From: Felis catus
Lineage: Eukaryota
Length of the DNA: 64,000 bases
Reading direction: 5' to 3'
NCBI RefSeq assembly: GCF_018350175.1
Contig: NC_058368.1
Location: 68,450,001 to 68,514,000 of the forward strand
Positions 38,215 through 49,350 of the stretch are shown piece by piece; the stretch's first letter is position 1; each line of letters opens with the position of its first letter. The notes under the pieces were generated by a model. That model saw only the letters and a program-made list of their open reading frames with translations, searched no databases and was not told the DNA's origin. Both the position numbers and the translations under genes were made by a program.

Positions 38215-38402
38215 TGTTTAAAAATATTTATTAATTTATTTTGTGGGGGGAGGGGAAGAGAGGAAGAGAGAGAGAATCCCAAGCAGGCTCTGCACTGACA
38301 GCACAGAGTCCAACTTGGGGCTCAATCCCACAAATTGTGAGATCACGACCTGAGTCAAAATCAAGAGTCAGACACTTAACCCCTGAGACACCCAGGTGCC
38401 CC
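38215..38402 (-). mobile_element. CAN-SINE
   Basis: gagaatcccaagcaggctc...cccaggtgcccc; TSD agtgaaaattaaattat / agtgaaaagaaaattat. Confidence 0.92.
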
Positions 38403-39499
38403 AGTGAAAAGAAAATTATTAACTTGTGTTCACCAAAGAAGTCATTTAACTACGTCCTCATCTGCAATAATAACTCCTTTCCAGGGTTATGCAGAATAGG
38501 TGCCATGCTTTTTTAAAATTTCATTTTACTGCGTCCAACGTTACAAACCGGCTCAGAGAGCCGGCACAAGATGCTAACATTTGAAGGCGGAGAGGGAGAG
38601 TAGAGTTCTGGACAAAACGGAAATTTGTTTCACTGCTTCCCACGGGTTCCTACAATGCCTCTAAGCCCCTGTAATTTTTAGGGGTAGGGACCAAAGCCTG
38701 CAGAGTGCCTCCACGCAGTATAATAGATCTTGGAGAGATCTATTCTAATTTGAAATTTGCTCACATGCTGAATGAATAAGAATAAATTGCTCACTTTCTC
38801 TGATTCTGGGCCCCTGAAGGGTAGAAAAGCATAATTATCCCAATAAATAACATGGCATTATAAGTCAATAATGGGATGGCATCTTCCCGGCAGCCAGACT
38901 GTAATCGTGTGAATTCAGACCTTGAGTTTGCCAAGGTGCTTGTTACTGCAGGGTTACTGTGGGCTTATTATATTCTTTTGGTCTTGAAAACGCCTGTCTC
39001 TGCAGCTGAGTTCGTTAGGTAAACAGCTGGGGTAATTGATAGTGTGAATACCGTTTCATTTCCTGCTGCTCTAAAAGAATCTGCTCTGAGGTGGAAGAAA
39101 ATGACCAGTTCTGCCACTGTGACTTCTGACCAGTTTTCCTTGAGGAGCATGAGTTAGCCTGTCTGCAAGGTGTGTTTTTCCCCTTGAAGAGCGAAGAACA
39201 TGGGAGGGGCCTCTTAGTTCCTCCCTCTCTCTCATGGCAGGGCTGGAGATCAAGGTCAGATCTCATTTGGTTATGGAGAATTTTACAGAGAGCTCCCCAG
39301 TCCTCACTGGAAAACCTTGGGAATGCCAGAGGGATCAGCAGATCACCCAGAAAGAAGGAAGCTAAACTATCATACTGCTGTCAGCCCCAAGCCCGGGATT
39401 TCTAAATGTGGGAGGAGAGGTGTCATGGTTTTGTGGATCTTAAAGCATATTCAATTTGGGGGATGATGCTCTTTGAGAAAAAGAAACAGATATGAAATT

Positions 39500-40860
39500 C
39501 TATTGAAGTTAATTCATAACTTAAAGCAATTCCAATAAAAAACTCAGAAGGACTTGTTTAGATTGACAAAATTATTCTACCGTGTATCCAAAAAAAAAGA
39601 TAAAATAGTAGTCAAATTTTACATAATCAAAATAATTAGATGTGACTTACACTTGCAGAAAATAAAATATATTACCAAGTAGCAGTCATTCAACAGTGTG
39701 TTTCTGGGACTAGAACAGACACACTTATCACTGGAAATGAACGACCCACATGAAAAGAAACCCAAATTCATACAGAAAACGCAGTGCAAAGTAACATTAT
39801 TTTATGTCAGAAATGGCTAGCAACAACTTTCGCCTTCTTAGTTTGGGAGGAACGGGAAACGGCTGGTGTAATTCCTATCAGCGGGTAACAAAATATCTAT
39901 TATTAACTGTTGAATAGCACAGAATGCCTGGAAAGGAACTTCAGGAGTTCCATTTTTGTCTTCCTTCCCCCCCCCCCCTTTCCTGCAATGAAAGAGGCAT
40001 TTTTTAATAACGATTCTAAAGGGGCAAGTTACATAAGTGGAAAGATTACTTGGTCTCCAAAAAGAATAAAAAAAAAAGGAAACATCTGAATTTCCATTAA
40101 AAAATAATTTAGTGTACATGTTAAACTGGGAAAAATATTTATAACATATATTATAAAGAATTAATGTCCCTGGTTTACAAAGAGTCTAACAAATAAAAGG
40201 GAAAGATAAAAATGCTCCAATTTCTTAAATGGGCAAACAACCTGAAGAGGAAGTACACACACACATACAAATATACAAGCCCCGATATTCACATACGCAA
40301 GTGTGTTAACATCGCAAAGTTATATAAGGGCAAACAACAATGACATTTTTGCTTATGGAGTTGGCAAGCTTAAAATATACTCTTAATAATCACTGTTGAG
40401 GAAGTAGCAAAATGAACATCCGATAGAAACATAAATTGATACATTTATGGATAGCAAGATGTTGGAAATTAGGGGAAATGTCCATGTCTTTGAACCGAGC
40501 GAGTTCTCTGCTAGGCATTTATCCTGTGGAAATTATTATAAATATTCACAAAGATTGATGGGTAAGCATTTTACACATTGGATTCATAATTTAGAAACAA
40601 TAAAAAGGTCTACAGTATGGGACCAGGTGTGTAGCACAAACATACAATGAAAAACTGTGCCTTTACTGAAAAGCACAGTATAGAAGTATATTTAATGATA
40701 TGGAAAATACTCTTCAGTAAATTACTTGGAAAAAAAAGTTTACTTGCCTACACAATAACAATGATTTTCCCTTGGTGATAAGATTGCTGTGACTTTTTTT
40801 TCTTCCTCCTTTTTATGCTTTCCTGCACTTTCTAAAATTTCAACAATGAACATTTGATGA
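39500..40860 (+). mobile_element. Old L1 (L1ME-like) ORF2/3'UTR fragments
   Basis: aagcaattccaataaaaa...ttgacaaaattattcta; gggaaaaatatttataacatata; ttttctaaaatttcaacaatgaacat end. May include a unique insert near 39.8-40.0 kb. Confidence 0.6.
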
Positions 40861-40977
40861 GTTTTAAACTAAGAGGCCATGATCTTCTTATTTCCTTTCT
40901 AGAATCCGAACAGTGAAATCCAAAGTATATTATACTATGATCCTCAAGTGGCCATCTATTCATTTCATCATGGTGGT

Positions 40978-41545
40978 TGTGGTGATTTGTGTCTGCCTGC
41001 AGCAATTCCCTATTCTTCCTGTAAAAACACCACCTCCTGCCATACTGGTTCTCAGTCCCAGGACTTCAGGATGCCTCAGGTAGAGACTATGCCAATCGCA
41101 GCTGTCAGGGTGGACCTCGGCCTATGACCTCCTAGCCAGGTGGCTGGATCATGGATGAGCAGGTGGCATAGGTCAGTCCATCAGATCCTATCAGGCTGGT
41201 CCCAGAATTTCCACCTGCATGACCAGAAAGAAGATATTACCTTTTTTGTGCCACTGGACTTTGGATCCCTGAATTGTCTCCAGCAGCCATTGGAAAAAAA
41301 ATCCTTCCCCAAAGAGGAAGATCCAGGACAGAGGGATGGAAACTCAGTCCTCAGGACATCACCTAGGTCTTGGATCAAATTCAGCCTAAAACTTGCTGAC
41401 CCTTCCTCCCAGCCAAAAAAAAAAAGTTAAGGGAGAAACAAAACAAAACAAACAAACAAAAAACCAAAACAGCACTTCTAACTGCTTTGGGCTGTTTTTG
41501 AGTTGGTTTCTATCACTTTCAAATGACAGAGAGCTGATCAGCACA
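40978..41545 (+). mobile_element. Old MLT1-type MaLR LTR
   Basis: tgtggtg start; ttgagttggtttctatcactttcaa...agagctgat...aca end. Confidence 0.6.
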
Positions 41546-41939
41546 GAACTTCAAAGAGTTCAAAAAGATCACTCAAAAATGCACCAGGAAAACTTTCAAG
41601 GACCAGGATAAGGTATCCAAAGTCCAAAGGAACAGCTCACCTTTTCCTCTTCCGAGCTGAAACATCCAATCAATGTGGCTAAAAGGACTCAATAGCCTTC
41701 CCAGATGAACTGTCTCCACCAAACTAGTTCTCATATAAATAAGGGGCACTCACCAAAAATTACCAGAGACCTCCAAATCTCCCTCCACCACTGCTTGGAA
41801 AGCACATACTTCATTCGGATAAACCCTGTAAGGGATGGGGCCAGTGGACTTGCTCAAAATGGATAACTTGCAATGTTGCTTGCTAATCATGACTGTAACC
41901 TAGACCAGTGCCTTCTGAACTTCAATGCGTTTCTAGTTA

Positions 41940-42444
41940 AGAATTCTACCAAGAAAGCAAAGCTGCTCTGAGTAATCTAGAGGAAGGGGTTTATTATACA
42001 AACTGCACCTATTATAATTGTGGAATGAGCTGGGAGGTAAGGTCCTATAAGTGGAACTGGGGAATCAGAAAGGTCACTAAGGAAACTGACCTGAAGCTTT
42101 TGCATGCATGAACAAGTTGGAACTTTCTGGGAAATCTAGGAGGCCAGTGGGAAAGGGAAGGGATGCTGGAGCCTATGGAAGGCTGTTGCCCCCTGTCTGG
42201 AGTTCCCTTGATTAGCTGGGCTGACGGTCGGATAGAAGAGCTGGGTGTTCAGGTAGAGGGGGGACAGCAGGGAAAAGCTGGAACCAGCCACCTGTTTACA
42301 GGGACCCTGGCTAGGAGGGCCCCAGGCTCCTAGGACCGAGGCTGCTTTAAGTCCATCTTGTCAATCTCCCGCAAAAGTTTTCTTTTGGCCAACCCTAATT
42401 TTGGGGGAGTCTTATCCAAACTGACACTGTTATAAAACCACCAC
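41940..42444 (-). mobile_element. Old ERVL-type LTR (LTR33/LTR41-like) inside a MER5 remnant
   Basis: ttggccaaccctaa...ctgacac...aaaaccaccac end; MER5-like pieces near 41907-41930 and 42670-42770. Confidence 0.5.
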
Positions 42445-42659
42445 GGGGGGAGCCTGGGTGGCTCAGTTGGTTAAGCCTCTGACTCTTAGTTTCAGCTGAG
42501 GTCATGACCTCATGGTTTCTTGAGTCTCGGGCTCCACGCTGACAGTGCAGAGCCTGCTTGGCATTCTTTGTCTCCCTCTCTCTCTCTCTCTCTGCCCCTC
42601 TCCCATTCGTGCTGTCTCTGTCTCTCTCCAGATAAGTAAATAAACTTAAAACAAAAACA
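42445..42659 (+). mobile_element. CAN-SINE
   Basis: gcctgggtggctcagttggttaagc...(CT)n...taaataaa. Confidence 0.92.
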
Positions 42660-44964
42660 ACCCACCGCAGATGTGTATACAGTCCACCTGGGGAATCTGT
42701 TAAGATGTGGATTCTAACGAAGATCTCTGGGTGACGCCAGTGCTGGCCCAGATGCACTTTGAGTAAGCAGGCCTTGGGCCCTTTGACGAAAATCCAAAAA
42801 CTGCACAATAATGAGGGTCAGAATGAGGGAGGCTGCTCTCACCAGCTTCGCCTTATTTTCTTTTTAAAATAATAAATAGCACCCAAGCAGCCCTCAAGAG
42901 AAAGTAGAAATTTGGCTCACTTGTGATCATCAAAGGACAATTTTTTAAACTTTCTTAATCTTTTGCTTAGTATTACATTAAAGGAGACTAAGGAGACCCA
43001 CGGTGTGTACTTGAGACGGGACATTTGGGCTTCTCTTTGATCCGAATGGCCCTTCAGCACCTGGCATCACATCAGTTCCCAGTAGGGTGCTGGTCTCCAT
43101 CTTTCCTCCTCGGATCAAGAGCACAAAGGCCAAATTCAGAAACCTCCTGTTAGCGCTGAAAGGAGATATTTTTTGTGCATTTCATCAACTTGCTTCTTTG
43201 TGAGAAGCTGCCCCAGATTTTGATTTGTGGAACCCATGACCAAGTAACAAATTAGGGCACAGAGATCGCATTATATAAGAGATGAGTTATGGTAGCAATA
43301 AGCACGTGTAAATAGCATTTACATATTTAATGATCATTTTATTCTATGGCAATTTGCATTAAATATTCAGAAATTATGTTCTCTTTACTCATGTAAAAGC
43401 CTTTTGTCAAGTGCATTATTATTATTCTGGGAAAAGAAGCTCTATTATGCCATTATGTGACACGTGGTGGCATTTAAGCTCTCATTTCTATGTCAGTCAC
43501 CTGGAAGTCCTCACCCTAGCCTGTCTTATGGGGTCACCTTTTCTTGTAATAGTGAGAGGAGGTGGCTGGAGCCTCACTCCCCCATGAGGAAGGACCCTCA
43601 TTCCCAGTTTCTCCATCCCCCACCTCACACAGGCCAAGGAGTTTCAAGGGCTTTTGCTTCTTTTTTTTCTATTTTGCTTCTATACTTTATTTCAGTTCCC
43701 CTGAAGTTCCCATTCTCTGACTATTCATTTCACTTCTTCACTCCCCGCCCCCCATCAACCCAAGCACAGAATGCTAACCCGTTTTGCTTTTGTTGTGCTT
43801 TTCTCTCAAAACACCGTTTGCAAAAACCGCTTATATTTAGAGAGATTTTTATTGACGAATTTGGTGGTGGAGTGAGTGAGGGTGAGGCTATAAATGACAG
43901 CAAAGCACAGTGTAGCAAGTAACTTTAAACAGAGCTTTGGATAGCCTCCCCAAGCCCCAAAGGCACTCATTCCCTTTCATGTCCATTCTCCAGCAGGGCA
44001 CCCCATGCATCATGGCGATGTCCTGAAACTTACAGCTTCTCCCCCTTTACAAGGCAGGGCAACGTGGCTCCCTCTGCTTTGCCCTGATGACCTGCGTCAT
44101 GACTGGGTGCTCACTCACTCCAACTGAAAGGACCCATCAAGGTATCTCACTACAGACAGAAAAACTTCTTCACCCCATGGAAAGGAATCCTGCCACCAGC
44201 TGACATGCCAACCATAGCTGGTTTTTGCAGGTGGGGGAGGGGGGGTGTTGTGGTGGTTCTGTTACATTTTCCTCTCAGCAAAATCTTTGCAGTCCCCATA
44301 AGGGTACCTACCCCTCAAATTTTCACCCTGAAGTGATGAGTGAGGATGGCAGAAAGAAACACATCATTTATTTGTAGAACTTGAATAATTGTTTACACTG
44401 ATCCCCAAGAGAAAATGGTTTACATACATCAAGCAATGCAGGTGCATCATCCATGTTTTATAGACTAGACCGCAAGTCCTGGCTGCATTTCACCTCACCA
44501 ACACTCGTGGGCTCAGGGACAGAAGTCTCCTGCACTGAGGGATTTGAAGTTCTGTGCCCAAGACATTGATTCCAGCATAGGGGCTCCTTGCTTTTCTGTG
44601 TCATACACATGCCAATGTTGTAGCAGATTGTTGGTGTATCCTTGCCATGTTTCAATATTATCCTTTCCAATTTCTGTCAGTCCCAAGACAATCCCCAGAC
44701 CAGGATTGCATGCAGTTTGCATCAATGGGCTAGTCCAGTGGGGATCCTTCTCCAGATCAGTCTGAAGCCTCCTACTATCAAAAAGCAGTATTCTTTTCTT
44801 TAAGACATTCTGTGACTATAGATGTTGGGTTATACTGTGTCATCTGAGCAATTTTTTGGTTAGCCTCCTTTCTTGGAATTTAATTGGGCATCCTGTATTC
44901 TCAAACACAGCATCCTTTGCAAAGCTGGAAGACTAGTTTCAGAGGAGTTTCCAAGTGTCCATCT

Positions 44965-45606
44965 CAGGGTTGGGACTAGAGAAAAGCAAGTGAGGGTACT
45001 TGCTTCAGACATAAAACCGGTGGGGGCACCAGATGCTTCAGTGATCAAGATCAGTAAAGGTTTTGATAAATACTATTTAGTGCAATATACTAAACAATCA
45101 AAATGAACCCCCAAATCCATCATGAACGTAATACCAAAGTTTTAGATAAAGACAGGATTAGTATTACTGATTTTTCCTTTCCTCAGGCTCTACTATGTTT
45201 AGGGACACAGCTATGATTGATTCTGTCTTTATTTAAAATTTTGGGGGGTGTCTGGGGGACAAGTCAGTTGTCTTGATTTTGGCTCAGTTCATGATCGCAG
45301 GGTTGTGGGATCGAGCCCTGCATTGGGCTCCACTCCAAGCATGGAGTCTGCTTGGGATTCTATCTCTCTCCCTCTGTCCCTCTCCCCTGCTGGCATTTCT
45401 CTCAATCTCTCTCTCTCTCTCTCTCTCAAAAAAAAATTAAATAAATAATTAAATAAATAATAAAATGTTGGTATTTGGTTGATCATAGACTTATTTTTGT
45501 TTCCATTTTGATTTTTTTTAATGCTGCATCAAAATAGTATTTATCTTGATTGCAGAGTTTTTGGTGCCCTAAGCACCACACTCACCTCACCCTAATGCAG
45601 GCTCTG
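44965..45606. mobile_element. MER96B-like hAT-Tip100 DNA transposon split by a SINE
   Basis: TIR-like cagggttgggactag...gcaagtgag / ctcacctcaccctaatgcaggctctg; internal ataaagacaggattagtattactgatttt. Confidence 0.65.
45243..45460 (+). mobile_element. CAN-SINE (older subfamily)
   Basis: ggctcagttcatgatc...gggatcgagccctgc...(CT)n; TSD taaaattttgg / taaaatgttgg. Confidence 0.9.
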
Positions 45607-46089
45607 GCCTCTCTTCTTTTCAGACAAAACTCAAGGGATAGCCCAGCCCAGGCCCTGACTGGTTGAACTTCAGAGCATTCTGCTGGAATGCTCTTTCCTT
45701 AAGGTTTGAGAGCAACAGCAGGGTATGGCAATGAGGCAAAACTGAAAACTTAACATTGAACATCGGGCATCTTGGTTCTCACCAGAGGACCACTCATTCC
45801 TCATGGTCTCTCACATGCTGACCTTCTGTGTCCTTTCTCTCCTCATCTCCTGGACGCTTCCACAGCTGTCTTTCCATAACTAAAATGGCAAACGAAGGAA
45901 CCTCGCTACTCAAAACATGTTATTTCACTAAGAGGAATTTAACAACCAGTGTTTAAGTAAGCATTTCCTCTTTTCTCGCTAGGGCACATTGATTTAGCAG
46001 AAGTTTGTGCCTACCCATTAATGACAGGCAGTAGTAATACAAAGATCAATGAAACTCACACCTGGCCTTAAGGAGCTGATTCTTTCTCC

Positions 46090-46230
46090 CAGTGGTCCTC
46101 ATCAGACCTTGCCAAGGTCTCACTCCAGACCCAAAGAACCCGAATCTCTGGGGGTGGTTCCTGGGCATCTGTACTATGTTAAGGTCCCTAGTGGATTCTG
46201 AAGCACAGGGAGGACTGAAAACAGCCCTTC
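46090..46230. mobile_element. MER5A-type fragment
   Basis: cagtggtcctca...ccagacc...gaatctctgggggtgg...ggattctgaagcac. Confidence 0.6.
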
Positions 46231-46249
46231 TAGCTGAAGAACAAACACA

Positions 46250-46489
46250 GGGGCGCCTGGGTGGCTCAGTCGGTTGGGCGGCCAACTTCGGCCCAGGTCA
46301 TGATCTCGTGGTTTGTGAGTTTGAGCCCCGAGTCAGGCTCTGTGCTGACAGCTCAGAGCCTGGAGCCTGTTTCGGATTCTGTGTCTCCCTCTCTCTGACT
46401 CTCCCCCATTCATGCTCTGTCTCTCTCTCTATCTCAAAAATAAATAAACGTTAAAAAAAAAAAAATATATATATATATATATAAAAAAA
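46250..46489 (+). mobile_element. Felid CAN-SINE
   Basis: Near-consensus body, A/(TA)n tail, perfect 14-bp TSD gaagaacaaacaca (46236-46249 / 46490-46503). Confidence 0.97.
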
Positions 46490-46783
46490 GAAGAACAAAC
46501 ACAAATAATTGCCAAAGAATAAAGTGTGCAATAACAAAGGCAAAGTGGAAGGGGAGTGAGAGGAAGGAACATTAGTTCTGCCTGGAGGGATTGGGAAGGT
46601 TCTCATAGAGGATGTGACACTCGAGGGAGACCTTGAAAGATGAAAAGAAATTGCTCAGCTACTATGTTAGAAGATGAACCCTGGAGAAGTGTTTGTTTAG
46701 TTCTGGCACAGCCAAGGAAATGTGCCAACCCAATCAGAAATGACCACAGCTTGCTCAGCAAGACACGAGTCCTGCAGAATGCC

Positions 46784-46785
46784 TG

Positions 46786-46816
<31 letters not shown>
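46784..46816. repeat. (TG)n microsatellite
   Basis: Directly visible. Confidence 0.95.
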
Positions 46817-46817
<1 letters not shown>

Positions 46818-48719
46818 GCAGGTGGAGGGGAGGGAGGAGAGAAGGAGGTTGGGCTGGGGGAGAGGGTGGGAATCTGTGTAGCCTGAGGTGTCTTGAAAAG
46901 ACTGCATATTTATTTCCCTTCTGGGAACTTCATGTTCTATGTTAGCATATGTAAGTCTCTAAGGAGCCCTACAGTAACATTTTTGAGAGCAAATGGATTT
47001 AACATTCATTTGGTCAAAAGTATTTTCTTTGTTGTTTTGCTTTGTATTGTTTTCATGGAATATCTTAGTATCCTAGACCTAACAAGTATACCATGAAACA
47101 TACCCAGGAAGTATTATCAGAGGCCAGGGATTCCCAGTTGCTTCTCTGCAGAACGGCTGTTCCAGAATGAGATTCCATGGTGACCACTATTTGACAAATA
47201 ACAACAAAGAGACACCGACCAAACTTCCACCAGCAACTGTTGGTAAATATTCTTTATTTTTGTTTTTTATTTCTCATCGTAGTCCATATAAATACGTTTT
47301 AAAAATTGGCAATCATCACACAGGTGATATTTTGTGTTCCTTTCTCACTAAAACTTAACTGCAAATCTCTTTTCTTACTGTTACATGGTTTTAATAGTTA
47401 CATGGTTTTAATAGTTATTACTGTTAATGACCCATTAAGGAAATAGCATCGTTTACATACCATTCCCCTGTGTGACACAAATGCTCACCGCAGTAGTTCT
47501 GCAATTATAAATAATTTTTCTGTGAAGAACAGGTAAAACTATATTTTCTTTTCTAGAATTATTTCTGTGGAATAAATGCCCAGTAGTGTGATAACACAGT
47601 TATGGGATCTGTATTATTATCCTAATGGAAATATTTAGTCTTCATGGAATTAGTAAGTTTGCTTCTCTGGAGTGAAGCTAAGAAAAGGATAAGGAAGAGT
47701 TGTTGAGCCACATTCTACATGATTTACTGGCTGAAATCAGATTTCCCAGTGGACAGACTCACAGTACAGAAATACCCCTCATACTCAGAGAGAATAGGGC
47801 CTTTACAACACTTTTTCTTTTACTTTTGTGTCTATAGAGACAGAAAGGTGCATATTTGAAACTCCGTAATTCTCAGACAACCTGCCAACCTCTGTCTTTG
47901 CTTTCTCCTGGTCTCCTTGACCCCGGGAACTCTTTTTTCCTAGCAGGGAGGCACTTAGAGGCTGCTACCCACTTTCCAACTCTGGAACTGGAGATAAATG
48001 CCAATTTGGAATCTATCTTTTAAATAGGGAACTGCCTATGGCTGAAAAGGGCTTTAGCATTCTTAGATCTGCAGTTATGAATTCCAGATCTCAACACCCC
48101 AAAGAACAAAAACCAGAAAAAAATATATTTCCTTGTGAAAATGAATCTCAACAGAGTATAGGTACATGGACATGGCTACAATTAAATGTTGAGCTTGTGT
48201 TACCCAGTGAGAAAAAATTTACAACAACCATGATCATTTCAGTGGCTTTTCTGATCCTCTGGAGTCGGTAAAAGTGATACGTTCTGGATTATAACTATGA
48301 AACTCAGCAGAAGGATCATGACTATACTTTCCCCACTCTGGAGTACTCATTTGCCATACTCTGAATCAATGTTTTAAAGCAGCTGCTAGTTAGGGCTTTG
48401 CTCATCCATTTGACTACAGTGATTGCATAACCCTTCCATTTATGGATTTGGTGACAAGTCAGTTGTTTCCTGAAACTTCTGGTGGAAACAGCATTTTAGA
48501 GGTAGGATAGAATCTTCAGGGCAGGCCACAAGAACCACAAGAGTATCTCAACTCATGTGGCCACAAAAGGGACATTGAAGTAGAAGAGTATCATGTGTAT
48601 TTCACAAGTGTCAAGACACTTCTGTAGTCTTGTGGGTTTTGTCTGTTTGGTGTGTGTCTTTATCCTTTTGGAGAATCTTTTGACTGAAAGGACACTACTA
48701 AAAAGAAAACGTGCATAGA

Positions 48720-49350
48720 CTGAAATAGGAAAGTAAAGGATAAACTCTAAACTGAGCACTTTGTGGGGAATGAAAATATAACTTAATCAAAGTGATTGAA
48801 AACATACACTTTACAAAACATCAAGCAGAATAACAGCAAAACCAAGTTGGGAAAATGGAAGAGAAAATATAAGCGATTTAGGTCATCAAGTTAGGGCATA
48901 CAACATCCAGCTAAAATTGCAATCGAGAAAGGAATAGCAGAGAAAATAGAGACATTATCAATGAAATATGATAAGATTTCTGAGAAATGAGGAGAATGAG
49001 TCCCCAGCATAATTAAAGCAAGGACAGCAATACCAAGTTATATCTTTGCCAAATGCCAAAATACTGCAGTGTGATGAAATATCCCTAAATGCTCCAGGGA
49101 CAAAAAGCAAAGGGTAAGGGGCCAGAATGTCTTTAGACTTCTCAAGGCTACCATTACAAGCTTAGCAGATCATGGCGCATCACCTTCAAAGTTAAAATGA
49201 GAAATCATTTTCAATCCAGAAATCTATACCCACCAAGTGATCAATAAAGTGTGAGTAGGGACTATGAAAGTGAGCTCGGATATGCAAAAGTTCTAATTTC
49301 CCTCTCACTCCCCCCATCTTAGAAAGCTTCTGGAAGATATTCTTGGCAGA
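48720..49350 (+). mobile_element. Ancient L1 ORF1-like / HAL1 fragment
   Basis: caacatccagcta, agacttctcaa, caccttcaaag...ttttcaatccagaaatctataccca, agaaagcttctggaagatattct. Confidence 0.6.

Noticed and set aside
44333..44401. C box (GTGATGA) ... D box (CTGA) at snoRNA-like spacing
   Set aside because: No terminal stem, no convincing C'/D' boxes, no recognisable guide.
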